Shown: positions 9,128-18,437 of the stretch, in pieces
Position numbering within the stretch: position 1 is the first letter of the stretch
Layout of the letters: every line of letters starts with the position of its first letter
NCBI GenBank assembly: GCA_965225935.1
Contig: CBDDCC010000015.1
Coordinates: 85,521 to 149,520 of the forward strand
DNA from: Rhodospirillales bacterium
Lineage (GTDB): Bacteria; Pseudomonadota; Alphaproteobacteria; Kiloniellales; JAKSDN01
Length of the DNA: 64,000 nucleotides
Direction: 5' to 3'
Notes under the pieces: model-generated
Told to the model about the DNA's origin: nothing
Seen by the model: only the letters and a program-made list of their open reading frames with translations
Databases searched by the model: none
Program-made: the position numbers and the translations under genes

Positions 9128-9609
9128 TTTTCACAAATCCTCGCCCCGCTGAACTATTACAATGGCCCGATAATTCATGTAAAGTCATCATCCATAAAGA
9201 TTCCGAACAATCCAAAAAAAACGCCCTATCCTGTAAGATTAATCTAATAAAAATCCGGTATTGAAAAAATTTAGCGTGCCGTTGGGAAAGACAAGCCAGG
9301 TATAGTAATTGGAAACTGGACGATCGTGATCTTCCCGCTCGGCAATGCCATCCCGGATCGCTCTGCCGCAATCGCGTATGATCCTGTTGCGGAGAACCTG
9401 GAAGGATCGAGGCCGACGCGGGATCGCTTGTCTGCGCAGCGCTCGCCCGGTCCGGAACTGGCCATTGTGTCTGCTCATGTCATCGTATTGCACTCAGCTA
9501 TGGTCGGAATCGGCGGCAACGCGCCGCACGTAGGGTGGGTCTCCTATGTGGCGGGAGCCTTTGGTACGGCTCCGGCTTGTTAACGCATGGCTTCGGGAGC
9601 AGGCAGGTG

Positions 9610-10140
9610 ATGGACCGACCGCTTGGCAGCGCGGCTTGGGCGTGCGCCTTCCTCAACACGGCACGGACAATGGCCGATGCCGAAACGGCGGAAGGCAAGT
9701 TTTGCGCCGTCGCGCGCGGCATCGGGGCGGTGTGCGGATTTCGGCTTTTCACGGTCCTGCGCTGTACCGAGCGGCGCGGATTTCTGGAGCGCGTTTTCTC
9801 CGACGATCGCGAGCGCTATCCGCTCGGGGCGGTCAAGGACCTGAGCGCAAGCCCTTTGACAAAGGTCGTCATCGACGAACGGCGCGACTGGCTCGGCAAG
9901 TCGGCCGACGATATCCGCTGGGCCTTTCCAGATCACGAAGCCATTCTGGCCCTGGGGCTGGGCGCGGCGATGAACATCCCCGTTACATTTCGTGATTCGG
10001 TGCTTGGATGCATGAACTGCCTCGATACGGCGGGCGCCTACGGCGAGGCCCATCTTCGTGATGCCAAGCCGTTTGCCGCGCTGCTCATACCGGCCCTGCT
10101 GTCGGTTTCGGAGGGCGTTTCCGACCGGGCAGGCTGCTGA
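9610..10140 (+). CDS. GAF-domain protein (stand-alone)
   Basis: Track ORF 9535-10140; ATG 9610 (MDRPLGS...) preferred. Typical codon bias. The pattern ERVFSDDRERYPLGAVKDL...DIRWAFPDHEAILALGLGAAMNIPVTFRDSVLGCMNCL resembles small GAF proteins from memory. Confidence 0.55.
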   Translation: MDRPLGSAAWACAFLNTARTMADAETAEGKFCAVARGIGAVCGFRLFTVLRCTERRGFLERVFSDDRERYPLGAVKDLSASPLTKVVIDERRDWLGKSADDIRWAFPDHEAILALGLGAAMNIPVTFRDSVLGCMNCLDTAGAYGEAHLRDAKPFAALLIPALLSVSEGVSDRAGC

Positions 10141-10258
10141 AGAATCGTTCTGATGGCGGGATTCTCGGTGTGATCTGGGCTTTTGGTCCGGTGAGCGAGG
10201 GGGTTAGGCTCGGCTTGTTCCCTGGGGCGGTGTTTTCGGTGCCCCACTGCGGTCGCGT

Positions 10259-10330
10259 TGCGGTGAGCAGCTTGGGTATGCGCACGAGGTCGTAGCCGGC
10301 CGCGGTGACCATGGCGTCCCCTCGGCCCAT
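10259..10330 (-). pseudogene. possible IS5/IS1182-type transposase C-terminal scar
   Basis: The short frame GDAMVTAAGYDLVRIPKLLTA resembles the terminal FTxAAAAYNLVRLPKLL block of that transposase family. Only about 20 aa match, so this is weak. Confidence 0.25.
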
Positions 10331-10346
10331 CCCCCGACCTGAACCT

Positions 10347-11624
10347 CTACCGTGCCACCGCTCGCACCTTTCTCGGCGCCGCCCACCAGATCAGCGCGAT
10401 CGAGAGCAGGCTGAAGCCGATCGCCAGCGCGAAGGGCAGGGCATAGGAGCCGGTCACGTCGAACAGATGTCCGGTCAGCCACGGCCCCAGGGCCGCGCCG
10501 GAGTTGCCGACGATCGAGACCGTGCCGAATATCGCGCCGTAGTGGCGGCCCTGGAAGATCTCCGCCGGGATCGCCCCGAACACCGAGACGAGCGCGTAGC
10601 CGATCAGCCCTTGGGCGGCGACCATGGCGTAGAGCAGAAGGGCGCTCGGCTGCCAGGCGAGCAGCAGCAGGAGCGCATAGGTCAGCGCGAAGCCGAGACA
10701 GCTTAGGGTCCAGACCCACTCCCGGCCGATCCGGTCCGAGAGATGGCCGAGCAGAGGCTGGCCCGCGACGGCCAGCAGGTTGACCAGGCCGAGCGCGTAG
10801 GCCGCCGTCTCGGCGGAGAAGCCCACGTCGATCAGATAGCGGGTCTGGTGCACCAGCACGGCATACCAGGCGAAGAGCGCCGAGAAGGCGCCGAAGCCGA
10901 AGAGCCAGAAGCGACCTGTTTTGAGCGCCCGGGAGAGTGTCCACTCGACCGCCGCCCAGTCCGGGTCGACCACCCGCAGGCTCGGCTTGCTGTCGGCCTT
11001 TCCGGCGCCATCGCCGTCGGGCTCGAGCCCCAGATCGCTCGGCCGGGCCCGCTGGAGCAGAAGGTTCAAGGGCACGAGCACCAGCACCAGGAGCATCGCC
11101 AACGCCCAGCAGCCCCGGCGCCAGCCCTCCGCGTCGATGGTCGCCTGGAACCAGGGGAGAATGACGATCGCCCCGACGCCGACCCCGGAGAAGACGATGC
11201 CGATCGCGAGCCCCCGCCTGCGCGCGAACCAGTTGGGCAGGAAGACGAAGTGGCCGGTGTAGCTCAGCAGGGTGCTCGGGCCGACCACCAGGAGGCCAAT
11301 CGTCAGGTAGTACTGCCAGGGCGCGGTGATCTTCGTGGTGAGCGCGAAGCCGAGGGCCATGAGGATGGCGCCAAGCGGAATCAGAAGACGCGGTCCCAGG
11401 CGGTCCATGGCGGCGCCGATCAGCGGGGCGTAGAGCATGGCCGAGACCAGGCCGATGGAAAAGCCGGCCGCCGTCATGCCCCGGTCCCAGCCGAATTCGT
11501 CCAGGAGAGGCGGGAACAGGAGCGAGAAGGCGGTGCGGGCGTTGGTGGCGATGGCCACGGTCACGAAGGCGACCGCGACGACGACCCAGCCGTAGAAGAA
11601 GGGCAGGCGGCGGGCGAAGCTCAT
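10347..11624 (-). CDS. MFS transporter (oxalate/formate-antiporter-like)
   Basis: Track ORF 10347-11693 trimmed to ATG 11622-11624 (MSFARRLPFFYGWVVV...). Two six-helix hydrophobic halves separated by a hydrophilic loop (RARPSDLGLEPDGDGAGKAD). Confidence 0.85.
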   Translation of the reverse strand: MSFARRLPFFYGWVVVAVAFVTVAIATNARTAFSLLFPPLLDEFGWDRGMTAAGFSIGLVSAMLYAPLIGAAMDRLGPRLLIPLGAILMALGFALTTKITAPWQYYLTIGLLVVGPSTLLSYTGHFVFLPNWFARRRGLAIGIVFSGVGVGAIVILPWFQATIDAEGWRRGCWALAMLLVLVLVPLNLLLQRARPSDLGLEPDGDGAGKADSKPSLRVVDPDWAAVEWTLSRALKTGRFWLFGFGAFSALFAWYAVLVHQTRYLIDVGFSAETAAYALGLVNLLAVAGQPLLGHLSDRIGREWVWTLSCLGFALTYALLLLLAWQPSALLLYAMVAAQGLIGYALVSVFGAIPAEIFQGRHYGAIFGTVSIVGNSGAALGPWLTGHLFDVTGSYALPFALAIGFSLLSIALIWWAAPRKVRAVAR

Positions 11625-12007
11625 CGCCGGGCCGGCCCGCTGGGCGCACGGCGGTGCGTTCCCGAAGACAGCGACCTCATGCCTTGCCCCCATTTCAGAA
11701 GCGGCGGTCGCAACCGGCCGCCGGTGCTATAGCTATCGCGTCGCTCGACGTGGGGCAATCGGGGGCCAAGCGAGCGCAACCCAATACCCAGTCTGAATCT
11801 GTCTATGGCTCACTGAAAGTCGGTTGCTTGTTCTCTGGCAAGCCACTGGGCGGATCACTCGAATCGGCGAGTGCTTCGGAGAGGTCGGGGACGTTCGACG
11901 CACCGTTGAATAGCGCGCCCGAGATTACTGCGGCCTCGAGTACAGCGCCTCTGAAGTCCGAGTCCCTGAGGTCGTCGGGCTGAGGCCGCGGCCGCCCGTG
12001 TTCCTCA

Positions 12008-12721
12008 TCAGGCGCCGTAGCCGCCGTCGATGGTGTGGAGCGCGCCGGTGACGATGGCGGCCTCCTCGCCGGCCAGGTAGGCGACGAGGCCGGCGATCTC
12101 GGCCGGCGTGGCGTGGCGCTTGATGGCCATGAAGGAATGCATCGTCTCCTTCATCGGGCCGTCGGCGGGGTTCATGTCGGTGTCGACCGGTCCGGGCTGC
12201 ACGGCGTTCACGGTGATCTCCCGCCCGCCGAGATCGCGGGCGAGGCCGCGCACCAGGCCCTGGACCGCGGATTTGGTCATGGCGTAGGCGGTGCCGCCGG
12301 GGAAGGGGATGCGGTCGCCGTTGACCGAGCCGATGATGATGATGCGCCCGCCCCGCTTCATGTCCCGCGCGCCCTCGACGGCGGCGTGATAGGGCCCGCG
12401 CACGTTCACGTCGATCATGTGGTCGACCTTCGCCGGGTCCAGCTCCAGGGGATCTCCCGTCACCGCCACGCCGGCGTTGATCACCAGGATGTCGAGGGGC
12501 CCCGTCTCGCCGATGATGCGGGCGACCGCCGCGCGGTCGGCGCTGTCGGCCTGGAGGGCCCGCGCCCCGCTGACCTCGGCGAGGGCGTCGGCGACCTCGG
12601 CGGAGCGGGCGTAGGTGAAGCTCGTCTTCGCGCCGTCTCCGGCGAGGCGCTCGACGATGGCGGCGCCGATGCCGCGGCTGCCCCCGAGGACGAGGGCGGT
12701 CTTTCCGGTCAGGCTGGACAT
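12008..12721 (-). CDS. SDR-family oxidoreductase
   Basis: Trimmed to ATG 12719-12721. Cofactor motif TGKTALVLGGSRGIGAAI, NAG motif LVINAGV, catalytic YAMTKSA. Confidence 0.9.
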   Translation of the reverse strand: MSSLTGKTALVLGGSRGIGAAIVERLAGDGAKTSFTYARSAEVADALAEVSGARALQADSADRAAVARIIGETGPLDILVINAGVAVTGDPLELDPAKVDHMIDVNVRGPYHAAVEGARDMKRGGRIIIIGSVNGDRIPFPGGTAYAMTKSAVQGLVRGLARDLGGREITVNAVQPGPVDTDMNPADGPMKETMHSFMAIKRHATPAEIAGLVAYLAGEEAAIVTGALHTIDGGYGA

Positions 12722-13012
12722 GGGCGGACTCCTTGGCTGATTCGGGTTGGGTGCCGGCGGGCGGCACGGCTGCATGAGATCTGGTGCGGCGGGCGGGCCA
12801 ATGGAAGGGGCATTGAGGCGGTACCTCTCGCCGGCCTATGCTTCGGCCATGTGCCGAACCGTCGATAAGGAGCTGCAGGCCGAGGGTTGGCGTGCCTTCC
12901 TCGAACTGCTGGCGGGGCTGATGCCCCGTCCGTCTGGGGACCGCGAAGACCCTCCGCGGGACGCGCGCGAGATCCCGGTTCCGGCGCCCGGTAGGATCCG
13001 GCCCGGCCGCGC

Positions 13013-13978
13013 CTAGTCCTCCGCCGACGTCTCCAAGGGAAAGAGGCTGCGCCGGCCCTGGCGCCAGTCGAAGGTCAGGAAGGGCTCGTCCGGACTGCCG
13101 GTCAGGCGCACGACGGCGTCGCGGGCGAAGACGGCGCCACCCGCCGTGCGGCCCTCGGCGTGCACGAAATAGAGGTCGAGGCTCGAGCGCAGCCCCTCCG
13201 GGGGCGATCCGCCTTCGCCGGTCAGAAAATCGGCGACAAGACCTTCGGAGTCCTCTGCCTCTTCCTCGCCGGCCTCGCCCTCTTCCAGGCCTTCCTCCAG
13301 GCGCAGGAGCGTCGCTGTTACCAAATCGGGCGCCGCCTCCGGGTCGGGGAAGCGCTGGCGGGTGTGGACGGTGAGGGCGGGCGCGACGCGGTCGTAGAGC
13401 GGGGCGGTCATGCCGAGGACCTGGCGCAATTCGGCGAGTTCCTCGAAGGGGGCGTCCTTGGCGCCGTATGCGCGCCCGGCCGCGGCATAGTCGTCGTCCT
13501 CGGCCCCGTTCAGGGCCCGCAGGCTGTCCGGGTCGCGGAAGTCGAGGACCGCGTCGACCAGGGCGGCGCTTTCTCTCCGTCCCAGGTCGGCGGCCTGAAA
13601 GAGGAACAGCAGCAGTTCCCGCGGCGCCCCGTTCAGGTCGATCTTGCCGGCCTCGTCGGCGATCACGACCCGGACCTCCCCCTCGCCGAGGCTCAGGCTG
13701 TGGACCTGGCCGTCGAGCCACCAGCCGCCGTCGGGCACGGGCAGGCTGAGCTTGGCGGCCGCCCAGTGGACGCCCGCGTCGGCCAGGGCCTCCGCCTCTG
13801 CCTGGCCCGCCAGGTTGCGGGCCAGCGTCAGGTCGGTCCGCGTGGTGCGGGTGAAGGAGGCCGCCATGACCGCCAGCAGCGTCAGCACCCAGAGCACCGA
13901 GAGCAGCGCCAGCCCCCGGCGCCAGGTTCGCCCGCGGCCCTTCACGCCCGCGCCGCCTCTGGGGTAGTGTCCGCCCAT
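13013..13978 (-). CDS. gspK: type II secretion minor pseudopilin GspK
   Basis: 321 aa. N-terminal hydrophobic segment GLALLSVLWVLTLLAVMAA. GspK blocks ADEAGKIDLNGAP, LVDAVLDFRDPDS...NGAEDDDY, FEELAELRQVLGM. Divergent from gspO. Confidence 0.8.
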   Translation of the reverse strand: MGGHYPRGGAGVKGRGRTWRRGLALLSVLWVLTLLAVMAASFTRTTRTDLTLARNLAGQAEAEALADAGVHWAAAKLSLPVPDGGWWLDGQVHSLSLGEGEVRVVIADEAGKIDLNGAPRELLLFLFQAADLGRRESAALVDAVLDFRDPDSLRALNGAEDDDYAAAGRAYGAKDAPFEELAELRQVLGMTAPLYDRVAPALTVHTRQRFPDPEAAPDLVTATLLRLEEGLEEGEAGEEEAEDSEGLVADFLTGEGGSPPEGLRSSLDLYFVHAEGRTAGGAVFARDAVVRLTGSPDEPFLTFDWRQGRRSLFPLETSAED

Positions 13979-14061
13979 GGTCGCCCGACCCTAGCCCTCG
14001 CCGCGGCCACTGTCATCCGCCCGCAGAGGCGCGCAACCGCTCCGCAAGACCGCCCGGACCC

Positions 14062-14832
14062 ATGGCCGACTGGCTGCGCCCCGATCTCCTGTTCCTGCTG
14101 CTGGCCGCGCCCTGCGTCGGCAGCTTCCTGGGCGTCCTGGTCGTGCGCTTGCCCGCCGGCCAGCCCCTGGTGCTGGCCCGCTCGGCCTGCCCCCACTGCG
14201 GCGTGACCTTGAAGGCGCGCGACCTGGTGCCTTTGGTGAGCTGGCTCGCCAACCACGGTCGCTGCCGGGCCTGCAGCGCGCGGCTCGGGATCTTCTATCC
14301 CCTGGTCGAGCTGCTCGCCCTGGCGCTCGCCCTCTGGGCCTACATGGTGGTGCCCGGCTGGCCGCTCTGGGTCACCTGCCTGCTGGGCTGGACCCTGCTG
14401 GCCCTCGCCCTTATCGACGCACGCCATCTGGAGCTGCCCGACCTGCTCACGCTGCCCCTGATCCCGGCCGGCCTGCTGATGGCCTGGCTGCTCGCGCCCG
14501 AGGCGGTCCTGGCGCACGTCATCGGCGCCGCCGCCGGTTTCCTCTTCCTCGCCGGCCTGGCGCTCGCCTACCGCCGCCTGCGCGGACGCGAGGGCCTCGG
14601 CCTGGGCGACGCCAAGCTGCTGGCCGCGGCCGGGGCCTGGCTGGGCTGGCAGGGCCTGCCGAGCGTGATCCTGATCGCCGCCGCCTCCGGTCTGGCGGGG
14701 GCCCTGGTGCAGGCCCGACTGGGGCGCGGCGAGAGCGGCGGCCTGGACGCCGGCCGGCCGCTTCCCTTCGGCCCCTATCTGGCGGCCGGCTTCTGGCTGG
14801 TCTGGCTCTACGGGCCGCTGATGCTGGGCTGA
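14062..14832 (+). CDS. gspO: prepilin peptidase (A24 family)
   Basis: 256 aa. Zn-binding CPHCG...CRAC. Catalytic Asp contexts ALIDARHLELPD and GLGDAKLLAAAG. Confidence 0.9.
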   Translation: MADWLRPDLLFLLLAAPCVGSFLGVLVVRLPAGQPLVLARSACPHCGVTLKARDLVPLVSWLANHGRCRACSARLGIFYPLVELLALALALWAYMVVPGWPLWVTCLLGWTLLALALIDARHLELPDLLTLPLIPAGLLMAWLLAPEAVLAHVIGAAAGFLFLAGLALAYRRLRGREGLGLGDAKLLAAAGAWLGWQGLPSVILIAAASGLAGALVQARLGRGESGGLDAGRPLPFGPYLAAGFWLVWLYGPLMLG

Positions 14833-14903
14833 GAGGCGCGCTGCCGCCGCCGCCCGGAGGCTGGGCCCGGGAACAAGGACGGGCGGGGCGCGGCGAGAGC
14901 GGT

Positions 14904-14909
14904 TATAAT
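14904..14909 (+). promoter_or_regulatory. candidate -10 box (TATAAT) upstream of gspE
   Basis: Perfect TATAAT in a locally AT-richer patch of the 156-nt gspO-gspE spacer. No convincing -35 element. Confidence 0.25.
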
Positions 14910-14988
14910 GGGCTCTACAGTAGGTAGCAGTAGTATCAGAAGAGGGTCTTTCGTGAGCGCCGAGAACAGGAACCCCTGGGTCGAGGAC

Positions 14989-16683
14989 ATGGCGTCCTTC
15001 GAGAACGCGCTCTGCGAGCGGCTGGTCGACCAGGGCAAGATCGACCGGGCCGGGCTCGAGCGGGCCAAGCGGGTGCGCGGCGACAGGGGCGAGCCCCTGC
15101 ACAGCCTGTTCCCCAAGCTGGGGCTGGTCTCCGAGCGGGACATGGCGCTGGCGCTCGCCGAGCACATGAAGCTGCCTCTGGTGGCCTCCGAGGACCTGCC
15201 GGAGCTGCCCCTGCTCGAGGACAAGCTGAGCCCGCGCTTCCTGCGCGAGCACCACGTTCTGCCGCTTGCCGAGGAGGAGGAAGGCCTGGTCCTCGCCATG
15301 TCGGACCCGCTCAACAGCTACGCGGCCGACGCCATGCGGCTCATCTCCGGCCGCAACGTCCTGCCGCGGGTGGCCGAGCCGGCGCTGGTGGAAACGGCCA
15401 TCGAGCGGCTCTATGGCGCCGGACGCGACAATCTGGAGACCCTGGTGGCGGACGGCGAGGAGCCGGGCGACGAGGGCCTCGAGCTGGACGTGGAACGGCT
15501 GAAGGACCTGGCGAGCGAGGCGCCGGTCATCCGCATGGTCAGCCGCCTCATCACCAACGCGGTCCAGCGGCGCGCCTCCGACATCCACATCGAGGCCCTC
15601 GAGCACGGGCTCCGCGTGCGCTACCGCATCGACGGCGTGCTGCAGGAGGTGGAGCCGCCGCCGTCTCGCTTCCGTGCGGCCACCGTCTCGCGCATCAAGA
15701 TCATGGCCAAGCTGAACATCGCCGAGCGCCGGCTGCCCCAGGACGGGCGCATCAAGCTGGCGGTGCGCGGCACGCCTATCGACCTGCGCGTCTCGACCAT
15801 TCCCACCATGTACGGCGAGGGCGTGGTCATGCGCGTGCTCGACCGTCAGGGCGTCGAGCTCGACTTCGCCAAGCTGGGCATCACCGGCGACAACCACCGG
15901 CGCTTCCAGGAGTGCCTGGAGCGGCCGAACGGGGTCTTCCTGGTGACCGGCCCGACCGGCAGCGGCAAGACGACCAGCCTCTACGCGGCGCTCACCCGGC
16001 TGAACAGCCCGGACAAGAAGATCCTCACCGTCGAGGATCCCATCGAATACCACCTGGAGGGCATCAACCAGATCCAGGTGCAGCCGGCGATCGGGCTCAG
16101 CTTCGCCCACGTCCTGCGCTCGATCCTGCGCCAGGATCCCGACATCATCATGATCGGCGAGATCCGCGACCTGGAGACGGCGCGCATCGCCATCCAGGCG
16201 GCGCTGACCGGGCACCTGGTGCTCTCGACCCTGCACACCAACGACGCGCCGAGCGCGGTCACGCGCCTCTTGGACATGGGCGTCGAGGACTACCTGCTGA
16301 CCTCGACCCTGACGGGCGTCGCGGCGCAGCGCCTGGTGCGCACCCTCTGCCGGCACTGCCGCGCGGCCGAGCCGGCGTTGCCGGAACTGGTGGAGCAGCT
16401 CGGGCTCGACCGCTACAGCGACGCCTCCGAGATCCTGCATTACCGGGCCGTCGGTTGCGAGCAGTGCAACGGCAGCGGCTACTTCGGCCGCTCCGGGCTG
16501 GTGGAGACGCTCCTGATCAGCGATCCGATCCGGCGGCTGATCCTGCGCCGGGCCGAGGCCAGCGAGCTCCTCAGGGCGGCTGTCGAGGACGGCATGCGCA
16601 CCATGTACGACGACGGCATGGCGAAGGCGCTCGCCGGCGAGACGACCATTGGCGAGGTGCTGCGCGTGACCCGCGACGTCTAG
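14989..16683 (+). CDS. gspE: type II secretion ATPase GspE
   Basis: Walker A GPTGSGKTT, Walker B DPDIIMIGEIRD, His box LVLSTLHTND, tetracysteine CRHC...CEQC. Start uncertain: ATG 14989 chosen (MASFENALCERLV); alternatives are GTG 14953 and ATG 14908. Confidence 0.9.
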   Translation: MASFENALCERLVDQGKIDRAGLERAKRVRGDRGEPLHSLFPKLGLVSERDMALALAEHMKLPLVASEDLPELPLLEDKLSPRFLREHHVLPLAEEEEGLVLAMSDPLNSYAADAMRLISGRNVLPRVAEPALVETAIERLYGAGRDNLETLVADGEEPGDEGLELDVERLKDLASEAPVIRMVSRLITNAVQRRASDIHIEALEHGLRVRYRIDGVLQEVEPPPSRFRAATVSRIKIMAKLNIAERRLPQDGRIKLAVRGTPIDLRVSTIPTMYGEGVVMRVLDRQGVELDFAKLGITGDNHRRFQECLERPNGVFLVTGPTGSGKTTSLYAALTRLNSPDKKILTVEDPIEYHLEGINQIQVQPAIGLSFAHVLRSILRQDPDIIMIGEIRDLETARIAIQAALTGHLVLSTLHTNDAPSAVTRLLDMGVEDYLLTSTLTGVAAQRLVRTLCRHCRAAEPALPELVEQLGLDRYSDASEILHYRAVGCEQCNGSGYFGRSGLVETLLISDPIRRLILRRAEASELLRAAVEDGMRTMYDDGMAKALAGETTIGEVLRVTRDV

Positions 16684-16698
16684 GCGGCCAACTGAGCA

Positions 16699-17919
16699 AT
16701 GCCGCGCTTCAGCTACAAGGCCGCGACCGCCAGCGGCGAGGTGATCCAGGGCGAGCTGGACGCGGCCAGCCGCGAGGCGGCCATCGACCGCTTGCGCGGC
16801 CAGGGGCACATCCCGATCCGCGCTGTCGAGCGCCGGGGCGGCTTCGCCTCCGGTTTCACCCTGGGCGGGGGCTCGCGGCGCGGCCGGGTCGGCGAGAAGG
16901 ACGTGACGGTGCTGACCCGCGAGCTGGCGACCCTGCTGGGCGCGGGACTGCCGCTCGACCGGGCCCTCTCCATCCTGCGCGAGCTCGCCCCCTCGGCACC
17001 GAGCCGCAGCCTGATCGAGCGGATCCAGGAGGGGGTGCGGGGCGGCGCCACCCTGGGCGACGCCCTGGAGATGCAGGGCGGCGCCTTCCCCGGCTACTAC
17101 GTGGGCATGGTCCGGGCCGGCGAGGCGGGCGGCAACCTGGAAGGGGTCCTTTCGGCGCTCGCCGACAGCCTGGAGCGCGCCCAGGACCTGCGGGACAGCC
17201 TGAGCGGCGCGCTCGCCTATCCCATCCTGGTTCTGATCATGGCGGTGCTCTCGCTGGTCGTGCTGATGACCGCCGTCATCCCGGAGTTCCGGCCGCTCTT
17301 CGAGAGCTCCGGGGCGGAGTTGCCGCTCCTGACCCAGCTCGTCATCGCCAGCTCGGAGTTCGTCGGCCGGTTCTGGTGGGTCTTCCTGCTGCTGGTGCTG
17401 GCCGGATTGATCGCCCTCAGGCAGAACAACCGCAGCCCGGCCGGACGGCTCCGCTGGGACCGCTGGCTGCTGAAGCGCCGGCTGATCGGCGATCTGCTCC
17501 TGAAGGTCGAGGTGGCGCGCCTGGCCCGGACCCTGGGCACGCTCACCCGTAACGGCGTCAGCTTGTTGAACGCGGTCGCTATGACCGCCGGAACGGTGGA
17601 GAACCGGGCGGTCGCAGAGGCCCTCAACGAGGTGCGCCTGCGGCTCGCCAAGGGCGAGGGGCTGGCGCGGCCCATGGCGGAGACGGAGATCTTCCCGCCG
17701 CTCGCGGTCCAGCTGATCCAGGTGGGCGAGGAGAGCGGCGCGCTCGACGAGATGCTGGTACGGGTCGCCGACATCTACGAGGGCGAGGTGCGGAAGTCGC
17801 TGCAGCGCATGCTGTCGCTGCTCGCGCCGATCATCACCATAGGCCTCGGCATCCTCATCGCCGTCATAATCGGGTCCATGGTCTCTGCTATTTTGAGCGC
17901 CTACGACCTGCCCATCTAG
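16699..17919 (+). CDS. gspF: type II secretion inner-membrane platform protein GspF
   Basis: 406 aa. Duplicated GspF domains with hydrophobic segments. Typical blocks LATLLGAGLPLDRAL and IQVGEESGALDEML. Confidence 0.9.
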   Translation: MPRFSYKAATASGEVIQGELDAASREAAIDRLRGQGHIPIRAVERRGGFASGFTLGGGSRRGRVGEKDVTVLTRELATLLGAGLPLDRALSILRELAPSAPSRSLIERIQEGVRGGATLGDALEMQGGAFPGYYVGMVRAGEAGGNLEGVLSALADSLERAQDLRDSLSGALAYPILVLIMAVLSLVVLMTAVIPEFRPLFESSGAELPLLTQLVIASSEFVGRFWWVFLLLVLAGLIALRQNNRSPAGRLRWDRWLLKRRLIGDLLLKVEVARLARTLGTLTRNGVSLLNAVAMTAGTVENRAVAEALNEVRLRLAKGEGLARPMAETEIFPPLAVQLIQVGEESGALDEMLVRVADIYEGEVRKSLQRMLSLLAPIITIGLGILIAVIIGSMVSAILSAYDLPI

Positions 17920-17961
17920 TATGGTAGAGAGGTCTCAGCATCAGGCGAGTCGAGTGCCGTT

Positions 17962-18435
17962 GTGATCGTTGCAATCTGCAAAACCGAAGGATCGGGGACG
18001 AGCCTGCGCCGCAGGCGTCCGGGCCGCCGGGGCCAGGAGGGCTTCACCCTGGTGGAGCTCCTGGTGGTCCTGGTCATCCTGGGCCTCATCGCCGCCTTCG
18101 CGGCGCCCCAGGTGATCAAGTACCTGGGCAGCGCCAAGACCGACGCCGCCGCCATCGAGATCAGCCGCCTCTCCGGGATCCTCGACCTCTACCGCCTGGA
18201 GGTGGGGCGCTACCCGACGAGCGAGGAGGGACTGGAGGCGCTTTTGGAGCAGCCCGCCGGCGTTGAGCGCTGGAACGGGCCCTACATCAAGAAGGCCGAG
18301 TCCCTGGTCGACCCCTGGGGCAATCCCTACCAGTACGTCTCGCCGGGCGAGCACGGCGATTTCGATCTCTTCACGTCGGGCGCCGACGGCGAGCCGGGCG
18401 GCGAGGGCGAGGACCGCGACATCACGAGCTGGTAA
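17962..18435 (+). CDS. gspG: major pseudopilin GspG
   Basis: Prepilin site QEG|FTLVELLVVLVILGLIAA and conserved DPWGNPYQYVSPGEHGDFDLFTSGADGEPGGEGEDRDI. The GTG start gives an unusually long Arg-rich leader, so the start is uncertain. Confidence 0.9.
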   Translation: MIVAICKTEGSGTSLRRRRPGRRGQEGFTLVELLVVLVILGLIAAFAAPQVIKYLGSAKTDAAAIEISRLSGILDLYRLEVGRYPTSEEGLEALLEQPAGVERWNGPYIKKAESLVDPWGNPYQYVSPGEHGDFDLFTSGADGEPGGEGEDRDITSW

Positions 18436-18437
18436 CA

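Noticed and set aside
11806-11990. Pentapeptide-repeat-like frame on the minus strand (DLRDSDFRGAVLEAAVISGALFNGAS...)
   Set aside because: It has no start codon, is only about 60 codons long, and sits between the SDR stop and the MFS promoter region. At best it is a gene remnant.
12747-13016. 89-aa plus-strand ORF between gspK and the SDR gene
   Set aside because: It has moderate codon bias but no motif, no convincing ribosome-binding site, and a Pro/Arg-rich tail. It is left unannotated.
14010-14027. Pho-box half-site CTGTCAT in the gspK/gspO divergent spacer
   Set aside because: Only one 7-bp half matches. The position 4 bp downstream (CCGCAGA) matches at 2 of 7, so a functional PhoB site is not supported, although phosphate control of this T2SS remains worth testing experimentally.
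13942-16809. 955-aa ORF on the minus strand
   Set aside because: It is antisense to the well-supported gspO and gspE genes, is rich in Ala/Arg/Gly/Pro, and shows no motifs. This is a typical GC-driven shadow frame.
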